Positions 40,901-51,798 of a stretch of 64,000 bases of DNA are shown here, piece by piece. A model generated the notes under the pieces. That model had not been told where the DNA came from, searched no databases, and was given only the letters and a program-made list of their open reading frames with translations. The stretch is from Paragordius varius (Eukaryota; Animalia; Nematomorpha). A program made the translations under genes and the position numbers. The stretch lies in assembly GCA_964247055.1 (NCBI GenBank), contig OZ176055.1:2666001-2730000 (forward strand), given 5' to 3'. Position 1 is the first letter of the stretch, and every line of letters begins with the position of its first letter.

Positions 40901-43900
40901 ATCAAAAATACCTTAAACTTTGTTTTTATCTTTAATTTTTCGAAATTATCAGCCTTGTAAAGAAAATAAATTAATATTAATGAGATGGTAATTTTTAAAA
41001 AACAAAAAACTTAAAAATGGCTGTTTGAGTGACATAAAAGCAATAAAAAATGTTTTAATCAAAAAAATCTTTTTTGTGTTATCTTTTTTGGACATTCATC
41101 ACCATCCAGACAAAGTTTAAGCTATTTTCATCCATTACTTTTAAAAATATCAATTAAAAAAAATGCTCTCGCTTCGCGCGTTTGTCGCTCTTTGTGCCCA
41201 ATATTAACTGTCGATGTAATACATATTAGTATATATTTTATAGAGTTTTTAATACTCTTTCGAATGATATATTACAAATGGGCATTACTTGTATTTTTTT
41301 AAAGAAAAACATTTTTTAGTAAAATTTTGATAAAGAGGGCGCATAACCTAAAAAATCAAATTATACAAAATTCTTCCAACGAGTTATAATTTTTATTTCA
41401 GATTTACTGTTAAAATGATATTAAATATCAAAAAATGCAAAAAACTCGAGTGGCAGAAAAATTTGTTGTCTAGTGTAACTCATTATTAATATGTATATCG
41501 TTATGGCATAGATTTTTATTTTTTAAAAATATATAAAAAATATAGGTAATTTTTAATCTTAAAAAAACATATATTTTATTTGAGGGTGAATTTGAATTGT
41601 TCAAGGGTGAATATGAATTGTTTAAGGCTAAATTTGAATTGTAAATGGTATATATATATATATATATTATTTAGTCGGGGATGATTTAATAGATGGTTTA
41701 TTATCCGATACCAAATTAATGGCATGTCCAAAAGCTTTACATGCCCTCAAACACGTTCAAACATTTTTACAATATGCCAGACTTTACGATATAACACCCT
41801 TTGTAAGGAAGAATAAAATTTTTACTGTTATTAAAAAAATTATCATCATAATTACAGCTTTTTAAAATAATCAGTTTTTATTAAAATATTATCCTCTCAT
41901 GATTATCATGCATTTTTTGTTTCTTGGAATTTTTTATAATTAAAAAATTTAAGTGCACACTCTTGGACACTCATGGTCTTAATATATATTTTTTTCAAAT
42001 ATAAATGATGTTAAATATATACAGTAAGAATAATGATTATCACAAAAAAACAAATGTATATCCAAAAGAAAAAATGATTAGCACATGATTGAAAAATATC
42101 TAATGTGCACCATATACGACTTTTGATAAATCTTTTTTTTGTATCTTACACATTTAACATATTTTTTAATCACGTGCTCATCAGTTTTTTCATTTGGATA
42201 TTCATTTGTTTTTACATGATGATCATGTATTAATCCTGCTGTATATAGGAAGGCGTGTCATAATGCAATGTCCGTATTTTCTCACAAATCATTATAAGGA
42301 AATCCATTGTAAAATATTTAAAAAAATTTCTATATTCTAAATGATTACAATTAGGAATTTAAGTCGATTACCGAACATTATTCCTAATTCTTAAACCAAT
42401 GCAATTGTATGCTAGTAAAAACACTAAGGTTTAAATTATATGGTTGTCATTGTAGAATAAAATATTGGTCATTTATTTTTATGTTTAATTTTACATAAGA
42501 CATTTAAAATAAATATATTTTTTACATTGTTTTTATATAAAGCTTGTTTGATAATAGATAAGCCTTGACTTAAGTTTGGCCCGTGGTCTAGATTATTATA
42601 CCGGTTTGATATTTGAAGCGACACTTACGATCCCTGGATCTGCTTCAAATTTACTTAACACTACCGATTCAAAAGGTGGAAATTTATGATATCTACATTG
42701 GTTTCATTCTTATTTAATTTTATTCTAATTCTCTCTCAAGCAAAAACCTAAATTAATCTATCAAAATATTGATTTTTTTGTATGTGTTAACTTGAATGGC
42801 TTGTTATTTTGTTTAGAATTAATATAAATTTGTCTCTGTTCTAAAGTAAGCAAATTTTTTGAACATAATAGCTGGTCTAACTCGTTATTAACCCATTCGG
42901 GGACTCAGATTATTACACTTTATTACAATCAATTTTTGAATAAAATTTTGGTATATTATAAAATTTTAATATTTTTATATCGATTATTTTATAAATATTC
43001 ACATTTGTCGTTAAATGACTACATACATATGATGTTTATAATTTTATGCCATTATAATTGGTGGAAAAATTCAATTTTAATTTTCTTTAAAATAATTAAT
43101 TCTGTTTTCAAAAACTTTAACTTTTAGAAAAACAACAGTTACACAATCATCACCGCAAAGATCATGATGAAAACTCTACACAACTTAATGTGGGCAGTAT
43201 AGCAGGCGGTGGTCGTTATGATAATTTGGTTGAATCTCTAGAAACCACAAACTGTAGCGGAAAAAAGACAGGCGCTCATGGGAAACATACACCTTGTGTT
43301 GGTTTTAGTCTAGGTCTTGAACGTATTTTTGCTCTCCTGGAACAGGGAATTAAGGTAAGAGAGGAGATGTAAAAATGCAAAAAAAAATTTGGGGTAAAAA
43401 TAAGATTTTTGTGTAATAATAATAATTTGAATATCACATATTTAGGTAAATTATCGTTTTTTAAACCTTATGACCAAATTTTATGATGCATGGTAGTATC
43501 TTTTTCTAATAAAATGAAAAGCTAAAAATTCTTAAAATAAGACAGGAAATAGTTTGAGCCAATGCAAATCATGGTGCATTTATCTTTTCGATGATTCGGG
43601 AAACGGGGAATTAAGGTAAAGCGAATTATAAATGCAAAAAATTTAAAATTTTTGTACACTTGTAATAGTCATGGTGTGAGGGTGTATAATATGGGAAAAA
43701 ACAGAGAAAGCTTTATATTTCATTTATTTATTTTTCCTTTTTAACATTTTAAAGCTCATGTGCCAATAATATAGCGTTTACTGTAATTTAATGACTATTT
43801 AAATTGGGGTAATTCTCTGATGAAATAATGGTAATAGAGCTGTAAACATTGTAACACATTTTCAAATTTTATATTGTTATCACTTAGATTATATAGTATA

Positions 43901-44791
43901 TATATCAAAATATGTAGTTTTTTTTATCTTTTTTTATATTTTGTCTATTTATTGTATGATATATTGCAATGCATAGGAAGGTAAACAAGGCAATCAAGTT
44001 AGAACCAAATCTATTGATGTGTTTGTCATGTCGGCACAAAAGCATCTCTTGCCCGAACGAATCAAATTGTGTCTTGAACTTTGGAATGCTGGAATAAATG
44101 TTACAATTTTTTTGTTTTATTTTATTTTATATCACCTTTATACGCTATTTTCTCCTTTCAAAGGAGATAAGTTTATTTTGAGAAAATGAAATTTTACAGA
44201 TCATTTCTTGGGTTTGTTAAATTAGCGATAATTTCATATGCTTTTTCTTATGTTTTTATTAATTTATTTTTTTCAATTAAGGTTTTTATTCTTCTACAAA
44301 TTTTTGAAAAATTTATTTTTTATTCATAAAAATTCCACAATATGTGTTTTGTATGTTTGATATGAATAATAATTTTATATTAAACAATTCATATTTAACT
44401 ATGAACGAAACAAATATATATTTACCTAACTAATTTATAAAACAATTAGTAAACAACTAACTGTATATCCCCTTAAAATCTGGAAAATAAATTTCTTTAT
44501 AAACGAATATGTATCATTATTTGCATATATATATATATATATAAATATTAGGCTGAACACGCTTTGAAAGAAAACCCCAAAATATTGACGCAATTTCAGT
44601 ATTGCGAAGATTTTGGGATCCCGCTTGCCATTGTTATTGGGGAAAGTGAATTACAAAATGGGACGGTTAAGCTTCGAGATATAGCAAGCCGGGTTGAAAC
44701 CACAATTCAACGCCATTCATTAATTACGGAAATTAAGAAAAAAATTAATGATTCGGCCAACTCAACGAATAAGATTTGTTTCAATGTGTAA
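37990..44791 (+). CDS. HARS1: Histidyl-tRNA synthetase (class IIa), 10 exons, about 641 aa with insertions
   Basis: Exons 37990-38103, 38132-38251, 38670-38839, 38906-39210, 39503-39883, 41675-41802, 42558-42675, 43128-43354, 43977-44099, 44552-44791; all phases close. Motifs LKTAK|[77 protein letters not shown] and an anticodon-binding domain. An unseen upstream exon cannot be excluded. Confidence 0.95.
40302..41648. mobile_element. CCATTTAC-family MITE in a HisRS intron, split by a nested CACTAG MITE
   Basis: The left part 40302-40353 (CATTTACACAAATTCATCCTAAAAATAAATTATG...) and right part 41479-41648 (...GTAAATGG|TATA) rejoin into the family consensus once 40354-41478 is removed. Confidence 0.85.
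40354..41475. mobile_element. Second (inverted) copy of the 1.1-kb CACTAG MITE, TAA TSD
   Basis: TAA|CACTAGACAACAAATTTT ... ATTTGTTGTCTAGTG|TAA; reverse complement of 23789-24898 with scattered substitutions. Confidence 0.93.
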
Positions 44792-45023
44792 TCAATTATA
44801 TTTCTTTCTAAGGATTGAGTTATTACTATATTATAATAATTATAATAAATTACTTGTCAGCTTTATGCATTTTGAACAAATCAATGTCGAATTTTTCTAA
44901 CAATATGAAAAAATGTTTTTTTTCGTTTTTTATAGTTGAGCCTTAAATTGGTTCGGCTTTTCCTTTACGTTATAAATTGATTATCAATATATATTTAACA
45001 AAATGATCTTGGGGTAAATTTTA

Positions 45024-45415
45024 CAGTAAAAATTATAATTATACGGACAAAACGTAAAAATATAAAGATAAATATTTTTCTCTAAAAGACGACCATACTT
45101 GTTAATCTTGATTATTTTAAAATAAGTCATTATTTTAAATTCCAAAGTATAATATATTGTCCGTCAACCCTTTTCTTCAAGATTGAAGGTGTTTTAGTTA
45201 AGGTAGAATTTGATTTTGGATTTCCAAGAGGTTGTACATGCCGCATTTTCAAGTTTTATGTCCAGCAAGGTTTATTGGTAACAAATCAATTATATATTTT
45301 AGTATTGTTATTCAATGTGTTTAATAGGATAAATTAAGGTTTAAAAAGCATGAATGTCTTTTGAAAAAAAATTGCCTTTATATTTTTACTTTTTGTCCGT
45401 ATCACTTTTCACTGT
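45024..45415. mobile_element. Tc1/mariner-like MITE (CAGT/TA family) downstream of HisRS, with a secondary internal insertion
   Basis: TA|CAGTAAAAATTATAATTATACGGACAAAACGTAAAAA ... TTTTGTCCGTATCACTTTTCACTG|TA. Further diverged copies at about 46286-46535 and 50389-50640. Confidence 0.75.
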
Positions 45416-46586
45416 ATATTTTTTTTCATTTTTATTTTTTATAGATGAGTTCATAATCTAATTAGTTTGGCGTTTCGGTTTAATCCTTGGTTAGGGCTAA
45501 AACAGTTAAACTGTATGGTTGATGGTAAAATTTGTTTTTTTCTTATCACATTAATGGTGTTAGAGATTATTGTAAGTTAGGTTTTTATACAGTTAATAAT
45601 TAAAATTAAATTTGTTTTGTAGCGTGTGGAAATTTCTTTAAGACTCCTAAATTTAAAATACAGACGCTTCTATCATGAGCTCCAAGTTTTTTTTCAATAA
45701 ACAGCGGCTATAAATAGCTGATGTTAATTTTTAAATGGCCTACCATAGTTAACTTGCTTAATCCACAAACTCAATAGTTTAAGATTATTTTGAAACACTC
45801 ATAAGGAGGCAAAAAAATAAATATTTTTGATTACTTTTTTTTCAAATATTTATAGAATATATTAATTTTTACATAAAATTTTAATCAGATACAAATTTTA
45901 TATATATTTTTTTTAAAAAAAGGTCGTTATGCGGATAAGGACCCATGGGTTTATTCCCACAATCATTATTGGGTAGCCCACTAAATAAAAATTTTTTATT
46001 TGTTTCCACAATAGTTTACATTCATATTTATTTTAATATCACAAAATATTAAGGAAGAACAACAATGATTGATTGCATTTTTTACAAGAAACACGTATGG
46101 GTACAAATATATATTAACAAAAAATTATGATACAATATCAAATATATATTAACAAAAAAATATGATACAATATATGCTTCTAAAAAATATCACAAAGGTA
46201 CAGATAAATACGACACATATCTAACATTTAAGTAATAAATATCCTAAAAAGTATCACAAAACTAGAAATTAGCAAATAAGGATTACAATAAAAATTTTAT
46301 TATAAAGGATAAAACGTAAAAACTGAGCTAATTATTTTTTATGCAAAAATATTTTTTATATCCTTGATCTCTTTTCTTCATTAAAATCATAAAAATGATT
46401 CTAAATGAATTAACAATTTACACTTTATACCTTATTTTTCAACTCAAAACGATAGGTTATATTTTAAAAAAACCTAAGCCTTAAAAATATGGTTGTACTT
46501 ATACGTTTTGTCTTTATAATTTTGATTGAAGTAGAGTGTAATAAAACAGTTTTCGTCTGTTTCCAAATATGTTTTAACAAATTTTA

Positions 46587-49017
46587 TTATAAAGAATCTG
46601 AGAAATTTCTAAATCTCCTAGCAAAATAGGGGTGATTTGCTGAAAAAGTTTGATGATGGCCACCACCATTTTGATTAGATGTTGGAAATCCATATTTTTC
46701 AAGAAGCGTATTACCATTTATAGCGTTTTTATTGGTGCATAAATAATCTTGTATGTGTTGGACAATTAAATCGATAGCAACTATGTATAAATTTGTAAAA
46801 AAAATATGCGTATAAAATCAGTGTAATTATTCAACATATTTATACAATTTACAGTTCAAATTCACCCTTGAACAATTCAAAACCCTCTCGAACAATTCAC
46901 ATTCACCTTTATATAAATTATATGTTTTTTATAATTAAAAAATACCTTTATTTTTATATATTTTAAAAAAATAAAATTTTGTTTTAAATTAAAAAAAATA
47001 CTCAAAAAATAATAAACTATGCCATAATGATATATTTTATATTAATTATAAGTTATATTAGTTTGAAAACACATAATTTATTTTTAGGGTGAATTTGAAT
47101 TGTTCAAAAATAAATTCGAACTGTAAATGGTATATATCCAACAGTATTGATATAAAATGCTAGATAAAAAGAATGAAAAAATAAAAATATTTTATTGATA
47201 AAAAAATTTATTCAAGAGAGCCATTTTATAGGAAAGAAGAAAATATACTAAAATTATTGTGTTTCTTATGATTATAGCCTTTGTTTCCCTTTATATTTTT
47301 TACACTATAAAATTTTGACCATATTTATTTTAATTTTTACTAAATTAAAAAATTAAAATCAATACGCAAAAAGTACCATACTTGTGTTTTCGGCTCCGCG
47401 TGGGATAATGATGTCGGCATATTTTTTTGTCTAAAAAACCAAATATAGAGTAAATATTAAAATTAAATTTATAAAATTATATGTTATAAAAAAACGAAAA
47501 AATTTATTATTTATTTCATAAATAATTATCATTAAATAAACTCACAGGCAAACAAAACTCCTCAAAAGCCGGTTTCACAAACGTTATGTATTGATGTAAA
47601 ATGTTTTCCAAGTTTCGACCACGCTCAATAATATCTCTTTGTACTGTTTTTTATATTGAAAAATAAATAAATCATAAATTAATTAAAGAAAATAAAATTA
47701 AATGGATTATCGATTTTAATGAAAAATAAACAAGCTAAAATTTAATATGAAAAGCATGATTGTATAAAGAATAATGAATATTAAATATATACCATTTATT
47801 ATTCATTTTAATCCCTTAAACAGTTCAAATTCACCGTAAAATTATATTATGTATTTTAGGGCTTATATAACTCATGATTAATATGAAATATATCTTTATG
47901 GCTTAATTATTATTTTTTGCAGTATTATTTTAATTTTAAACAAAATTTTTTTTAAAAATTAAAAAAATATACTTAAAAAAATTATTTTAAGATTTTTTGA
48001 ATTGTTGGAGGGTGAGAATTGTTCGAAAGTGATTAAATTGTTAATGTTATACAACGAAAATGTGCGTAATGTTTTTCCCAAGAATAATAACTGTAAATTC
48101 CGTTTTAAATTAATATAAATTAAAAGTAAAACAACTATATATTAATTAATTACATTTTATTTTCTAGAAAACAAATTAAAAATAAACATTATAAAGAAAT
48201 TTTATTACCGCGCCTAGCCAATCTTATATCAGCGTCCGTATCAACAAATAATTTCATATCAAAATATTTTCTAATTTCGGGAAAGTAAAACATGAGAATT
48301 CCCTCGCAAAGTATGACATCAGAGGAAGGAATAAATATATAATCTTCAGTTCTGTTAAAATAAAAAAATATTACAAATCTAGATTACTATACTGCTATAA
48401 ACCATATAAGAATTTTTTATAATCAAACATTTATTTTATATGTGGCGTTACACTGAGAAAAATGCTAAAAAGCATGAAAATGGCATAAATCCAAAAACAT
48501 ATTTTGAAAATAATGTAGTATATGTAACAAAAGCACAAGTGTTCAACTCCTTAGACTTTGAATATTCAAAAAAATCGTAATTTATAAAAATAACTACGTA
48601 CTGACAATTATTAACATAATCATAAACAGGAATTTTGACAGGCTTCCTTTCAACCAAATCAAGAATACAGGAATGAAGCATTTGTATATCAATCGAATCA
48701 GGATGATCAAAATTAAAATCACCGTTTTTGGCTAATTCATTTTCTGCTGGTGTCAAATTTCTATAAAAACTATCCATGCAAAGAATATTGACATTATTTG
48801 AATGATGATCCATATCGTTTGATGATGTAATCCCTTTATGCTTGGAATTATTTAATTTTTCAATAATTTTGGTGCAGACGGAAGTCTATAAACAATAAAA
48901 TAATAATTTAACTTTTCCTGAAGCAGTACCTCCAGATACACCAATAAGAAATGGTGGTTGTTTGACGTTATTAACGGTGAACATATCGGTTGAATTTGCA
49001 TTAAATATTTTTCCCAT
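46587..49017 (-). CDS. UCK2: Uridine-cytidine kinase (UCK1/2-like), 6 exons, about 290 aa
   Basis: Exons 49017-48913, 48885-48602, 48351-48209, 47643-47546, 47430-47382, 46780-46587. P-loop [11 protein letters not shown]|[49 protein letters not shown]|[21 protein letters not shown]. Orthology to UCK1 versus UCK2 is not resolvable. Confidence 0.93.
46845..47130. mobile_element. CCATTTAC-family MITE (UCK last intron)
   Basis: TATA|CAATTTACAGTTCAAATTCACCC ... CGAACTGTAAATGG|TATA. A decayed copy lies at about 47792-48050 in UCK intron 3. Confidence 0.85.
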
Positions 49018-49077
49018 TTAAAACTAACCGAACAACAAAAAATGTAAACGACGTGCTTTATATAAAAAGCTCTATCG

Positions 49078-50878
49078 ATGCTTAGAAGTTAAATAAATAA
49101 GTTTTAAACGCATAGAAATTAAGATTGGATTGATACAAATGCTGGTTACCGCTAACAAGCAGGAAAATTTACTCAGAGTAAAAACCTTAATAGGGCAAGC
49201 AAATAAAAACAAAGATTTGAATTGTGTTGTTTTACCGGTTTAATATTATTTTTTATCGTAGGAATGTTTTAATTCTCCATATGGGAATAAATATTTTAAA
49301 GAATATGCTGAGCCAATAGATGGGCCAACTTTCAATTATATGTCTGAATTGGCTAAGGCAGAAAATTTATATATAATTGCTGGTTCTATCCCAGAAAAAC
49401 GTAATGACAAATATTTTAACACTTCTTTTGTTGTGAATAATGAAGGTTTGCTTCAGACACAGTATTCTAAAATGCATTTATTTGACATTGATATTCCTGG
49501 GAAAATTACATTTAAGGAATCGGAAACACTTTCGCCAGGCTTAAAATTTGCTACGTTTAATATTGGCGCATTCACATTTGGAATTGGGATTTGTTATGAT
49601 TTACGTTTCCCTGAGTTAGCTTTAATATACACACAAAAGTTGGGGTGTCATGCAATTTTATATCCTGGTGCTTTTAATACTACCACCGGTACGATAAAAC
49701 AATATTTTTGCTGATCTTCATCTTTAAAAAGAGATATGTGCTTAATTAAATTATTTAAACCATATTTTGATTATATTTCGATTTTTAAAGTATCTTTTAT
49801 ATTTTATATAATCGTTTAAATACTGTGAAATTTAGTAAAATCCTATTTTTATAAAAGCAATCGCTAAAAGTGTTACATCAATTCCCATATAAACCGAATA
49901 TAATTAGGTTGCATTTTACTTGGATATTAATTTATACAAATACATCCATATTTAAAGGTCCACCCCATTGGGAACTCCTAATTAGGTCACGTGCTCTTGA
50001 TAATCAAATCTATTGTGCCGGGATCTCACCGGCTAGGAACTGTGATCCCAATGAATATCCTGTTTATGGGCACACTTTAATTTGTGATCCTTGGGGAAAG
50101 GTTGTTGAATCTTTGGGTGTTGAAGAGGGCATAATAATTTCTGAATTAGGTTGTTCTTTTTGTTATATGTTTATAATAATAAAGTGAAGAGCTCTTACAA
50201 ATTTTATTCTATAATAGGGCAAAAGATCGTTGGTTATTCGAATTGTAATATAATAATTTTGACATTGAAAATAAAATGTAAGATCTTTAATGCATAGATA
50301 TTTTTTTCTAGTCAAATAGTTTTGTAGGGAAAGATATTCTAATAACATTGCGTTTTCAGTTAAGGATTAACTTTATAATAAAAATAACTACAATAAAAAT
50401 ATTATAAAGACAAAACGCAAAAACTAAAGGGCAATATTTTCTAATATACGAAAATCAAACTTTAAAACCTTCATTTTTTCATGGTTTTGCGTATCAAAAT
50501 TATATTTATACAATTATAAACTTTAAATTATATGGTTTATGGATGAAAACATAAAGTTTAATAAAGTATGGTTGTTTTTTATAAAAAAATATTTGTCTTA
50601 GTTTACACGTTTTATCTGTATATCTTCAATTTTATTCTAAAATTTGGTTTTTAACATAGTTGGAGAATCAATAAATAATTTAAATGTATACCACAAAACT
50701 TCATATTAATTAAAATTTAAATTCTCTTTTGGAATGTTTAAAAGTCAATATTATCTTTAAGTTTTTAAACTAGCTTATTATTGTGATTTTTATAGATTTG
50801 GATTATGTGGAAGAGGTGAGGAAATCAATACCAATCTCCAAACAGCGCAGAAAAGATGTTTACCAACTATCATTCTAA
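49078..50878 (+). CDS. NIT2: Omega-amidase NIT2 (nitrilase superfamily), 5 exons, 277 aa
   Basis: Exons 49078-49087, 49116-49237, 49262-49688, 49958-50149, 50796-50878. Catalytic E-K-C contexts LP|ECFNSPYG, SKMHLFDIDIPGKITFKESETLSPG and GICYDLRFPE; also PGAFNTTTGPPHWELL.RSRALDNQ and QRRKDVY. Confidence 0.93.
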
Positions 50879-51798
50879 TTTATCAATTATCCAATTTTTA
50901 TTAATAAATTATTTTATTTACCCTAAAATAATAAATTTTATATCAAACAGAGAGATAGTATATTCATTTTCATAATTTATTTTCTGTAAATTTAATTTAT
51001 ATATATATATATATATATATAACTCTATGTGCTAAATATTGATTATTGATATAAAATACAAGGTAAACTGAATGGATCATGTAATTTCACAAAAAATATT
51101 ATAGCGTTAAAGTTTTAAAGCACCTAAATTGCAATATAATGGATAAGTGTATAATAATAACTAGAGTAGGACCGGTCAAAAATATAAATAATATAAAAAA
51201 ATGTACATTCAAATTATTTACGTTTTTGCTAATATTCACTAAACTAAACAAACTAATGTAATGTTTTGTAGATAAAAAAGTATAAAAGATTGATATGGTA
51301 AATAATGAGCATTTTAATATAGTAGCGGATATAAGGATATAAAATGTTTTAATTTTAAACTATATACAATTTTCACAAATACTTATATCTATTGGACGGA
51401 ATCATTAGTATAATATGTGTAATAGGCGATGTATATATTATCTAATACTCTAATTTTTTTAAAAAATCAAAATATCTAAACATAAAATGGCCCCAAAATT
51501 GCAATAAATATAAAGTATATAATCATGTTGGAAGAATGATAAAAAAATTTAATAAAATAATACATATGATTATAAAATTAGTATCAAAATTGTCTAGGCA
51601 TACAAAATTTTGGTAGTAAAAGAACATATAAAAAGGTATAAAAATGATTTATCGTTTGTATCAAAAGCTATCAAAATATCTGGTATAAAAAAGGGTAGGT
51701 TGGTATAAAAAATTATAGATATAATTATAAAAATTTTATGCAACACCGGAATTTTTAATCTTTGACTATATTTTTCAATTGCTTTCAAAGTTATTGTG

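Noticed and set aside
46104-46173. 35-bp tandem duplication CAAATATATATTAACAAAAAA(T/A)TATGATACAATAT
   Set aside because: Ordinary local slippage in AT-rich intergenic DNA with no further structure.
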